Assembly (NCBI RefSeq): GCF_964355755.1
Contig: NC_092673.1
Location: 10,884,948-10,948,947, forward strand
Length of the DNA stretch: 64,000 nt
Direction: 5' to 3'
Source: Antedon mediterranea
Lineage: Eukaryota; Animalia; Echinodermata
Shown here: positions 12,700-23,660 of the stretch, piece by piece
How positions within the stretch are numbered: position 1 is the first letter of the stretch
Layout: each line of letters starts with the position of its first letter
The notes under the pieces: generated by a model
Databases searched by the model: none
What the model saw: only the letters and a program-made list of their open reading frames with translations
What the model was told of the DNA's origin: nothing
Position numbers and translations under genes: made by a program

Positions 12700-14165
12700 G
12701 TATTATATACAGTGTAGAATAGGTGAAATTACGGGACCCGCCATTTATTTCAATTTTTAACATGGAGACGGTATCAAAATGAAACACTAAGGTAGCAAAA
12801 AGTTGGTAAAATTACTAGAAAAGGCTGGAAAAACATAAATCACGCGAAAAAATTATGTTTTCAACGCTACGTGCACACGTTAAAATTTGCGCACGCGTGG
12901 GAATTTTTGACATGCTTAAAATGACATGAAACGCGTAGAAAGTTGATTATAAATTAATTTTGCGCATTTTGAAATTTTAAATGCGCGTGCGCGCGTAACT
13001 TTGTGTAAAACACGCAATTTTTTTTCAACAGAAAGTTAGCGCATGATATAAATTAAACTTTTGAAAAGTTTCAATTTAAAATGTTATTTGGTTTTTGACC
13101 TATGTTAAATACGAGAAAATCGTTAAATCGCGCGTAAGTCACGTTGCGCAATTGTAAACATCCTGAAAAGGTTCGCTGCACAACTTCATATGAATGAAGA
13201 TATGTTGAGAAAGTTACGAAATGTTATGTTTGCAAGTTTTACAGATACGGGTGACACAAAATTTACAGAAAGAAAGAAGATAAAGAACAAGGCCAACAGC
13301 CATTAAGTCGCGTGCTACAATGCATAGTGATACCGGACCGACAGACAAACAGACCGACAGACAGACAGACCGACAGACAGACGGACCGACCGACATAGTG
13401 AACTATACTGACCGAAATTACTGAACATGTTTAAAAATGTTGAAATGTTTAAAAACATTTATATTTTTTTAATTTACACGTGCGTAGCCTGTCACTTTTG
13501 ACGTGCTCGTATAACGTAATTTCGAGTTGAAAAGTAAGTAAAGAAAACAGAAATCGGGCAAAAAGAGTGCGCAATAACATTTAACGCGCAGTGCGCGCGC
13601 AAAAATCTGCGCACTCATGGCAATTTTGTAAACGCTTAAAATTGCCTGAAACGTACTCTTATTTCATCGAAAATAAATTTTGAAAATTTTAGGCGCGCGT
13701 ACGCATGCGTTACATGCGCTACGCACGTAATTGTATTGCCATATGATGATTTATGCCCTGAAATTTATGAGTACCAAATTTTATTTAATTGTGATTCATG
13801 GTTGTTAAGATATGATTACAAACGTGATTTCGTTAAATCGTGCGTAGACCGCGTAATTTTGTATTGCGCACCGTGAAATCATAACCACATCGATTCCTGG
13901 CCATAAGGAATATTCTGTGAAAAATTGATTTAGCTAGATTAAACTGATATCAAGATAAGGTCATAAAGCGATAAAACGCATAGTGATACCGGACCGACAG
14001 ACAGACAGACAGACAGACCGACAGACAGACCGACAGACAGACAGATAGACCGACCGACCGACATAGTGAACTATAGAGTCGCTTCCACGCGACTAAAAAA
14101 AAGATGATGATGATTTCGTACAATCACAAGGAGTTATCCTGCAACTTCGTTGCGGATAACTAATA
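12700..14165 (-). mobile_element. HINE family A partial copy (body 12700-13285, 5' terminus 14100-14165) split by a family B insertion
   Basis: Body matches the array units at 54-64 kb. The terminal hairpin GTTATCCTGCAAC-TTC-GTTGCGGATAAC at ~14132-14160 is also present at 62609-62636. Confidence 0.8.
13286..14096 (-). mobile_element. HINE family B copy
   Basis: AACAAGGCC...AGTCGCGTGC at the left end, (GACA/GACC)n tracts, ACGCGACTAAAA at the right end; core duplicates 7755-8330. Confidence 0.8.
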
Positions 14166-14560
14166 AACTTAACAATATACAACAAATAACATCAATGTAC
14201 GATCCCGTTTAACACTGTTCTCAACTATAGTCATTTTGGTATACTTGAGCACAGTGATAAAGAATAGGATAAACTTAATAATATACAACAAATAACATTA
14301 ATGTATGATCCCGTTTAACACTGTTCTCAACTATAGTCATTTTGGTATACTTGAGCACAGTGATAAAGAATAGGATAAACTTAACAATATACAACAAATA
14401 ACATTAATGTACGATGTAGTTTAACACTGTTCTCAACTATAGTCATTTTGGTATTTGAGCACAATATACAACAAATAACATTAATGTACACGATTCTGTT
14501 TAACACTGTTCTCAACTATAGTCATTTTCATATACTTGAGCACAGTGATAATATGAAAAA
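14165..14560 (+). repeat. 106-bp tandem repeat, ~3.5 copies
   Basis: AAACTT anchors at 14165, 14271 and 14377. Confidence 0.9.
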
Positions 14561-14569
14561 CATAATAAC

Positions 14570-15930
14570 ACTATAATATTTGTAGATGAATGGCGCGGAC
14601 ACGTACATGTGTTCATAAGTAATTGATATAAATTGACTTTTAAAAGTGGAATTAACACAAATGATTGTAGATAAATATGACGTGAATTGCACGTACATTA
14701 TGTTGATGAGTAGTATATTTATATAAATCGACTTTGAAAAGTGAAATAACACTAATATTTGTAGATGAATATGACGTGGACACGTACATATATTGATTAG
14801 TATATTGATATAAATCGACTTTTAAAAGTCAAATTAACACTATTTGTAGATGGATATGACTTGGACACGATTTACATATGTTGATGAGTATATTGATATA
14901 AATCGACTTTTAAAAGTGAAATATCACTACTATTTGTAGATGAATATGACGTGGACACGTACGGTACATAATGTTGATGAGTATATTGATATAAATCGAC
15001 TTTTAAAAGTGAAATAACACTATTGATTGTAGATGAATATGACGTGGACAAGTACATTTATTGATGAGTATATTGATATAAATCGACTTTTTAAAGTGAA
15101 ATAACACTATTAGTTGTACACTATTGATCATATATGAATATGACGTGAATTGCACGTACATATGTTGATGAGTAGGCCTATATTGATATAATTGACTTCG
15201 AAAAGGGAAATAACACTGATTTGTAAATGAATATGACGTGGACAAGTACATTTATTGATGAGTATATTGATAAATCGACTTTTAAAAGTGAAATAACACT
15301 AATATTTATAGATGAATATGACGTGGACACGTACATTATGTTGATGAGTATATTGATATAAATCGATTTTTAAAAGTAGAATTAACACTATTGATTGTAG
15401 ACGTGAATTGCACGTACATATGTTGATGAGTGTATTGATATAAATCGACTAAACGTTAAATAACATTATCTTGTACAAGTACCCTCACTTGCACTGATGA
15501 AGGGCTAGTGTTGCCCGAAAACTCTGCTAACTTTTCTGGCTGTTTTACTTTATCGTTTTGATTTAGCTTTTCGCTTCTTTTTTTGTATCTCCATTGAGAC
15601 CACAGCATTGTTATTATTTCAGTATTTTGCCTTTGGATTTACTAATATTAAAAGTGAAATAACACTAATGACTGTAGATGATATGACATTTATGTTGATG
15701 TATATATTTTTGTATATATAATAGGCACACGTACATACGTTGATAGGTATTGATATAAATAGATTTTTAAAAGTACGGTAATAGACACTTTATTTGTAGA
15801 TGAATACGACATGGACAAGTTGCAATAGATTCTATCGTTATATCGTATGTTGATGAGTATTGATATAAATCGACTTTTTTAAAGTGGAATAACACTAAAA
15901 TGTATAGATGGATATGGCCTCAACAAGTAT
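14570..15930. repeat. ~85-94-bp tandem repeat (GTAGATGAATATGACGTGGACACGTACAT...), interrupted at ~15450-15650
   Basis: GTAGAT anchors at 14582, 14667, 14761, 14846, 14936, 15028 and onward. Confidence 0.9.
15489..15529 (+). ncRNA. minimal type I hammerhead ribozyme motif, Penelope-like-element type, possibly inactivated
   Basis: GCA-CTGATGA-A-GGGC(TAGTGTT)GCCC-GAAA-AC-TC-TGC: both catalytic boxes, stem II GGGC/GCCC, stem I GCA/TGC and a UC cleavage site. It is followed by a T-rich tract, within a ~200-bp insert in the satellite. Confidence 0.65.
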
Positions 15931-16135
15931 TGTATTAAGCGATACTGTATATTGATAGACTTCATACCTGTAATGTCAATGAAATCTGGCAACAAGAATT
16001 GTGTTTGATCCTCCTAATAGTATTCTAATAATCTTGGTTTGTAAAGGAGGCATGAAAAATCTAAACGCATAGCCAGGGGAGGGGTTGGAGTTTCGAACAA
16101 ACTCCCCTGTGCCCGTCCTACGGTTTTTGTGAACT

Positions 16136-16278
16136 TTTTAGTAGCGTGCAAACGCGACTCTACAGCTCACTATGTCGGTCGGTCGGTCGGTAAACACCAA
16201 CTCAAATTTGAGCACGCGACTGCAGCCATGTATACATGGCTGCAGTCGCGTGCTCAAATTTAGGCCTATGGCCTGTTT
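16136..16278 (+). mobile_element. short HINE family B copy
   Basis: TTTTAGTAGCGTGCAAACGCGACT, (GTCG)n, GCACGCGACTGCAGCCAT; the 3' part is duplicated as a palindrome. Confidence 0.7.
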
Positions 16279-16394
16279 ATACTAGAAATCAGCAGTGAAA
16301 GTATATGTAAATAATATGTGTTAATATAGAATTAGTTTTTTTTATTTAATAAATAGTTTTAAAGTTGATCTTATTCTTTATCTGTAATTAATTA

Positions 16395-17720
16395 TACTCA
16401 AATGACTATAGTTTAAAACAGTATTAAACGGCATCGTACATTAATGTTATTTGCTGTTTATTCGAAGTTTATCCTATTCTTTATCACTGTGCTCAAATAT
16501 ACCAAAATGACTATAATTTAGAACAGGGTTAAACTGGATCATACATTAATGTTATTTGTTGTATATTGTTAAGTTTATCCTATTCTTTATCACTGTGCTC
16601 AAGTATACCAAAATGACTATAGTTGAGAACAGTGTTAAACTGGATTGTACATTAATTTGTTGTATATTATTAAGTTTATCCTATTCTTTATCACTGTGCT
16701 CAAGTATACCAAAATGACTATAGTCGAGAACAGTGTTAAACGGGATCGTACATTAATGTTATTTGTTGTATATTATTAAGTTTATCCTATTCTTTATCAC
16801 TGTGCTCAAGTATACCAAAATGGCTATAGTTGAGAACAGGGTTAAACTGGATCGTACATTAATGTTATTTGTTGTATATTGTTAAGTTTATCCTATTCTT
16901 TATCACTGTGCTCAAGTATACCAAAATGGCTATAGTTGAGAACAGGTTTAAACGGGATCGTACATTAATGTTATTTGTTGTATATTGTTAAGTTTATCCT
17001 ATTCTTTATCACTGTGCTCAAGTATCCCAAAATGACTATAGTTTAGAACAGGGTTAAACTGGATCGTACATTAATGTTATTTGTTGTATATTGTTAAGTT
17101 TATCCTATTCTTTATCACTGTGCTCAAGTATACCAAAATGACTATACTCGAGAACAGTGTTGTTAAACTGGATCGTACATTAATGTTATTTGTTGTATAT
17201 TGTTAAGTTTATCCTATTCTTTATCACTGTGCTCAAGTATACCAAAATGACTATAGTCGAGAACAGTGTTAAACGGGATCATACATTAATGTTATTTGTT
17301 ATATATTGTTAAGTTTATCCTATTCTTTATCACTGTTCTCAAGTATACCAAAATGACTATAGTTGAGAACAGTGTTAAACTGGATCGTACATTAATGTTT
17401 TTTGATGTAGGCCTATATTGTTTAGTTTATCCTATTCTTTATCACTGTGCTCAAGTATACCAAAATGTCTATATTTGAGAACAGTGTTAAACGGGATCGT
17501 ACATTAATGCTATTTGTTGTATATTGTTAAGTTTATCCTATTCTTTATCACTGTTCTCAAGTATACCAAAATGACTATAGTTGAGAACAGTGTTAAACTG
17601 GATCGTACATTAATGTTTTTTGTTGTATATTGTTAAGTTTATCCTATTCTTTATCAATTGTGCTCAAGTATACTAAAATGACTATAGTTGAGAACAGTGG
17701 TAAACTGGATCGTACATTAA
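16395..17720 (-). repeat. 106-bp tandem repeat, ~12 copies, inverted relative to 14165-14560
   Basis: Reverse complement of the 14165 unit (TATCACTGTGCTCAAGTATACCAAAATGACTATAG...). Confidence 0.95.
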
Positions 17721-17829
17721 TTTTATCCTTTGCTTTACTGTGCTTTGATTTGATAAGCAAGTTTGGTTGCCCCGCCCCATATGCTGCCTACTAAATTAGG
17801 ATTCCCTAGCTTTTCTATAAAAATTGAAG

Positions 17830-17856
17830 TACCCACAATGCACGTTATACGGAAGT
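17830..17856 (+). promoter_or_regulatory. candidate housekeeping promoter: ZNF143/Staf-like site plus ETS site
   Basis: TACCCACAATGCAC (17830-17843) next to CGGAAGT (17850-17856). It would sit ~260 bp upstream of the candidate PIGK ATG if the foldback insertion is removed. Confidence 0.45.
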
Positions 17857-18710
17857 CATAGTCTTGTAAAATACAGACACAATAGTTTTTATCGTATTGT
17901 TTTCATTTAAATATCACTAAGATTGTCTTAAACTACAAACAACTAAAATTAGTGAATGTATGCAAGTGTTTCTAAATGTTTACTACTGGTAGTATTAATA
18001 CAATTTGGATTATATCATTTTCCAGAAAGGTAGAAAAAACATAAAATAGTTGAGCATTCTCAACTAGCCAGGCTAGAGGTATATTCAGAGCGTCATTTCG
18101 ATGATCGAGCATTATCTACTTCTACGGAGCGCCATTTATGCCTTTATTTACTTACGAAATAGAAATAGTATTACGGTAGCTGCTCCAGTGGACCAAATTT
18201 AGCACTAGTGGAGCGCAGTGATATAAAATAGAAATAAGTCACTGAATTTTAATATATTTTCGTATGTTAATACACTGTGCTCAAGTGGACCCAATTTGGA
18301 GCCAGTGGAGCACAGTGATATAAAATAGAAATAAGTCACTGAATTTTAATATCTTTTCGTATGTTAATACACTGTGCTCAAGAAGTGGACCCAATATGGA
18401 GCCAGTGGAGCACAGTGATATAAAATAGAAATAAGTCACTGAATTTTAATATCTTTTCGTATGTTAATACACTGTGCTCAAGTAGACACAATTTGGAGCC
18501 AGGGGAGCACAGTGATATAAAATAGAAAAAAGTCACTGAATTTTAATATATTTTCGTATGTTAATACACTGTGCTCAAGTGGACCTAATTTGGAGCCAGT
18601 GGAGCACAGTGATATAAAATAGAAAAAAGTCACTGAATTTTAATATCTTTTCGTATGTTAATACACTGTGCTCAAGTGGACCCAATTTGGCGAAAGGAGA
18701 GCACAGTGAT

Positions 18711-19066
18711 ATTTTATTTTTTATTTATTTTATGTTTTTAGGCAATGTGGCCAAGGATTACCAATAGTGAATTAATCACTGTCCTATCAGATAGGTGGTA
18801 ATCCCCCTGATACAGGGGCTATTTTGTGAACAAGTTCACCGGGGTAACCCCCTACTCTTTTTCGAATAATGAACTGGGTTTCTTTAAAGTACACACAGGT
18901 TATAACTGTGTACACTGGACCTACGGTTTATAGTCCTTATCCGAGAAGACTTGTTCCACCACCAGAACTAGGAGCGAGTCGGCCTCGAACCCTTGCCGAT
19001 GTTGTTGTTGGCTCTTTAGGTACGGTAAACGGCGCCCCTGCCTTAACCGCTCGGCCATATGACTCA
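18711..19066 (-). mobile_element. tRNA-derived SINE with Nin/Deu-type core
   Basis: Minus strand: A box TGGCCGAGCGG, B box GGTTCGAGGCC, core CTCGGATAAGGACTATAAACCGTAGG...TTAAAGAAACCCAG...GAAAAAAGAGTAGGGG, A-rich tail; inserted in a 97-bp unit. Confidence 0.85.
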
Positions 19067-20867
19067 CTCATATAAAATATAGAAATAAGTCAAATGAATG
19101 TTAATATATTTTCGTATGTTAATACACTGTGCTCAAGTGGACCTAATTTGGCGCCAGTGGAGCACAGTGATATAAAATAGAAATAAGTCACTAAATTGTA
19201 ATATCTTTTCGTATGTTAATACACTGTGCTCAAGTGGACACAATTTGGAGCCAGGGGAGCACAGTGATATAAAATAGAAAAAAGTCACTGAATTTTAATA
19301 TATTTTCGTATGTTAATACACTGTGCTCAAGTGGACCTAATTTGGAGCCAGGGGAGCACAGTGATATAAAATAGAAAAAAGTCACTAAATTTTAATATCT
19401 TTTCGTTTGTTAATACACTGTGCTCAAGTGGACCCAATTTGGCGAAAGGAGAGCACAGTGATATAAAATATAGAAATAAGTCATTGAATGTTAATATATT
19501 TTCGTATGTTAATACACTGTGGTCAAGTGGACCTAATTTGGCGCCAGTGGAGCACAGTGATATAAAATGGAAAAAGTCACTGAATTTTAATATCTTTTCG
19601 TATTTAATATACACTATGCTCAAGTGGACCCGATTTGGCGCGCGCGCCAGTGAGCACAGTAATATAAAATAGAAAAAAGTCACTAAATGTTAATGTCTTT
19701 TCGTATGTTAATACACTGTGCTCAAGTGGAGCCAATTTGGCAGCAATGGGAGCACAGGGAAATAGTCACATACAAAAACATCGAGAGAAAATACTTCTGG
19801 AATTTAAAAATATTTCAAACTTGGTATATATGTTCAATATCGGTTACTCCATCCGTAAACCAAAAGAAAAAATAGTTTCAAGCCACATCAGTGATTTTAA
19901 TAACTTGCGTTCGCTTAAGATAATACTTATGAAAAAACATATAATTCCGACACATGTTAAACTCTAATAATGATTTTGACAACAACAAAAAAACGGTTAG
20001 GAATTCGATTTTTTCCCTGTAAATTGAGAAACTTAAATTAAAAATATACCAAGAAATATATATTGAAATCAAGGAGTATTTTTTTTTCACAAAAGAAATG
20101 TTTGTATGTTAATACACTGTGCTCCATTGGATCCAATTTGGCGCCAGTGGAGCACAGGGAAATAGTCACATACGTACAAAAACTTCTAGAAAAAATATTT
20201 ATCGAATTCAAAAATATTTCAAACTTGGTATATAAGTTCAATATCGGTTACTCCATCCGTAATGCAACAGAAAAATTAGTTTCAAGCCACATTAGTGATT
20301 TTAATAACTTGCGTTTGTCTAAGATAAATACTTATGAAAGAACATACAATTCCAACATATTTTTTTAAACTTTAGCGATTAAAAAAAAGACATATGTTAA
20401 AAATATGAATTATGTAGTAACATATTGAACGTGTAGTAACCTATTGAACGTATACTACGACATTTCAAATGTGTAGGACAATTATTTTATGACAATCAAA
20501 ATTTAAAGTTTAAAAAATGTGTTGGAATTCTATGTTCTATCATAAATATACATTTTAAACGAACGAAAATTACTAAAATCACTGATATGGCTTGAAACTA
20601 ATTTTTCTTTTGCATTACGGATGGAGTAACCGATATTGAACTTATATACCAAGTTTGAAATATTTTTGAAATCCAGAAGTATTTTTTCTTGATGTTTTTG
20701 TATGTGACTATTTCCCTGTGCTCCCATTGGTGCCAAATTGGGTCCACTTGAGCACAGTGTATTGAAATACGAAAAGATATTATAATTTAGTGACTTTTTT
20801 CTATTTTAATATCACTGTGTGCTCACTGGCGCGCGCGCCAAATTGGGTCCACGTGAGCACAGTGTAT

Positions 20868-21552
20868 TTTATTTTATTTTATTCAATCAAAACCAACAGC
20901 GATAAATACCGCCACTAACAGGTTTGAAACATAAAACAATACAACATCAAAAACGGTTAACAATAAAATACAGATAAAATATATATATATATATAAAACA
21001 TAAATTGGCATGCCATAAACAATTTCAATTAAAACAGGTTATGCAGGCCATAATCGTCCTCTTAAAATAACCAAGTCTATCATTAAAAATATCGATATGA
21101 TTGCTATTTAGATTATTAAATGTATAAGGTAGTCTATGAAAAAGTCCCCTCTTAGTACAGTCGACACGGCTAAAAGGAATATGCAATAAATGTCTATTTC
21201 GTGTACGACCAGGAACATTTAAACTAAATAGTGAAATTAATGAACAGTCATATTTAGAATTTAAAATATTATATAAAAAAACCATATCAGATATCGTTCG
21301 ACGATTGCTGACAGAATCAATGGAAAAGGCAAAATTAACACAGTTATAAGACAGGAATCGAACAAACTTCCGTTGAACAGTGTCGATTCGACGGGCCTGA
21401 CATGGAGAAATTGAATTGAAAATTGCGGAACAATATTCAAGGTGAGGACGTATAATAGATTTGTATAAAGATAAAAGTGCCCTGCCGTCGTTCATAAACC
21501 TACAATTTCTCCATATTAAGCCCATCATTCTATTAGCTTTTGACAACACATG
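20868..21552 (-). mobile_element. 5'-truncated CR1/L2-type LINE 3' end
   Basis: ORF 21025-21549 (KANRMMGLI...LYKSIIRPHLEYCS...VQRKF), 3' UTR and (AAAAT)n tail; a near-identical copy lies at 35325-35793. Confidence 0.9.
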
Positions 21553-21993
21553 ATTAACATATGAAAAGATATTAAAATTCAGTGACTTATTTCTATTTTA
21601 TATCACTGTGCTCCACTGGCGCCAAATTAGGTCTACTTGAGTACAGTGTATTAACATACGAAAAGATATTAAAATCCAGTGACTTATTTCTATTTTATAT
21701 CAGTGTGCTCCTCACTGGCGCCAAATTGTGTCCACTTGAGCACAGTGTATTTACTTACGAAAAGATATTAAAATTAGTGACTTATTTCTATTTTATATCA
21801 CTGTGCTCCACCGGTGCTAAATTTGGTCCACTGGAGCAGTTACCGTAGTACTATTTCTAATTCGGAAGTAAATAAAGGCATAAATGGCGCTCCGTAGAAG
21901 TAGAGAAATGCTCGATCGTCGAAATGACGCTCTGAATATACCTCTAGGCTACTATACTGTAGTAGGAGGCCTAGCCACTTTATTATCCGACTG

Positions 21994-22080
21994 ATGATGG
22001 CAGCGGACGTCATTTGTTTGCGGTTTGCTTTTCTTTTTTGCTTTTTTTTAAATAAAATTCATCATTCCGAAACAAAAACG
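21994..22080 (+). CDS. PIGK: GPI-anchor transamidase PIG-K, probable coding exon 1 (signal peptide MMAADVICLRFAFLFCFFLNKIHHSETKT)
   Basis: ATG-initiated 29-codon hydrophobic exon ending at a phase-0 donor ACG|GTAAGC. It joins in frame to the 45160 exon, and its length and phase resemble vertebrate PIGK exon 1 as recalled. Linkage is inferred. Confidence 0.65.
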
Positions 22081-22267
22081 GTAAGCTAGTCTAGCTAGGC
22101 CTAGCCTAGCCTAGGCCTAGGCTAGGCCGATTGACAGACGATGGGGCCAGACAATCAGGCTTTTTTTATAAAGATGATCGGGGGTTTCGATCCAACTCGC
22201 TCGGCCCTAAACCGTCTCGGCCAAAGTCAAGTCGGCCCCACGTCAAGTCGGCCCCAAGTGAAGTCGG

Positions 22268-23660
22268 GGATCAGGTGCCGTTTTCGGCCACCTCAACTTG
22301 TATGGACTATACCATTATAAAAAGATGGGAAAATAGGGGTGTCACATTTATTAATTGAGTGTGTTAATGTGTTAAAATACTGCTTCTTTTGTTCTTTTGT
22401 TTAGTGCATTATGTTTTAGCAACAAAGGGAACAACTACGCCCTGCACGCTGTAGAATTAATTTCAGTTTTCAAGTTAATACAGTATATTATGGTTCTAAT
22501 TATTTCTATATCATTTTTAGGTATCCTTTCTTAATTATTAGGTGGATTCCCTAAGGTGGATATTGAATAATTTTTACGGATTTATAGATATAGTATATAA
22601 AGAAATTAGTTTTTATTCCAGTTACAAATAAAAAATATAATTTATCTAACGATAACACAGTAGTACATTTAATAAAGATGACAGTAGTACATTTAATAAG
22701 ATCTATAACATACTGATTATTAGGTAATCAGTAAAACAAATAAACATTATAATTTTGTCATTGAATCTGTACCATTTTGTCCCCAGAAAACACAGCGTTT
22801 GACATTGCGTGTTTTTAGGTTTGGTTTTTCTAAAACGTTTGAAACACGTTTTTAAACGTTTCTGTAGTGTGTATAAATACATGTTCTAATTGAACAACGT
22901 AGCACCTTTTCAATTCGGTCTTTATCCCCTTACATTTCCTTACTGATATTCCCAGACCAATATACAATATGCCCAAATAGAACATCACTGATTAGTAAAA
23001 CATAAACATTCTATAGTACAAATATCCTACTTTACCCCAAAGAACCGAGTTTCCTTTTACAGTCTAATTGTATTTAAGTTCTTAACTATGACCAACATGT
23101 CCACCCATTTACTTATATTTGTTAACAGTCTCCTTTCATTTAATTGATGTACTGTCAGACCAATTATGTTTTCGAAAATCAATCCTTATTTCTTTTGTTT
23201 TATTTATGTTTAGTTCAAGAAAATTGTTGCCATAATCGGTAAATCGAATAATCTCAGAAAGGTACAGAGAATAATTGTTGTTATAAGTCCAACTATAGCC
23301 GAGTCGTCGTAAAATAAAAATACATATAATTATGTCGTCAATGAATCTGTTACCATTTTGTTTCTGTATCTACAATCGTTTCTGGATCTGGATGAATACT
23401 GACGAAGGACCACATGGGTATATCTTGGCATTCCCTAACACAGTACCTAATAATAACATGCCTTATAAAAAGTACATGCTTGCTAGTTGTTGATGTTTTG
23501 TATTGTTCCTTGTAGTTTGTACTGCTGTAGGTTACATAACAGAACAATTGTATTGTCTTCCCATTTGATAGACACCCTTCTCTACATAAAACACCACACC
23601 CCTATCATAATAATGGTATAGTCCATATAAGTCGAGGTGGCCGAAAACGGCACCTGATCC
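22268..23660. mobile_element. non-autonomous TIR element (1393 bp) nested in the Mutator TIR
   Basis: ~51-bp TIR GGATCAGGTGCCGTTTTCGGCCACCTC...; perfect 8-bp TSD GAAGTCGG (22260-22267, 23661-23668). Confidence 0.92.

Larger units (their letters stand above)
18075..21945. mobile_element. foldback-type DNA element (3.87 kb) whose arms are built from 97-bp tandem repeats
   Basis: AGAGGTATATTCAGAGCGTCATTTCG... is mirrored at 21945. Outer unique TIR of ~130 bp, then ~12 (left) and ~5 (right) 97-bp units, then an inner ~200-bp inverted segment. Flanks read either as a 5-bp TSD AGGCT or as TA with GAGG termini. No transposase. Confidence 0.9.

Noticed and set aside
17956-18033. Hydrophobic 25-aa ORF MYASVSKCLLLVVLIQFGLYHFPER as PIGK exon 1
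   Set aside because: Its terminal donor candidate (AG|GTAGAA) is weak and phase 2, incompatible with phase-0 exon 2; the 21994 exon fits better. At most a uORF.
18985-19066. tRNA gene
   Set aside because: A and B boxes are present but there is no cloverleaf, and it continues into a SINE core and tail.
18200-19760. CACAGTG heptamers as V(D)J/RAG-transposon recombination signals
   Set aside because: No ACAAAAACC-like nonamer at 12 or 23 bp, the heptamers are internal and not at element ends, and no RAG1/Transib ORF is present.
19327-20736. Several 60-120 aa ORFs inside the foldback as a transposase
   Set aside because: They are translations of the 97-bp repeats and inverted arms and show no transposase motifs.
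14165-21830. CRISPR-like regularly spaced repeats
   Set aside because: Units repeat over their whole length with no unique spacers, there are no cas genes, and the DNA is eukaryotic (spliceosomal introns, LINEs, SINEs).
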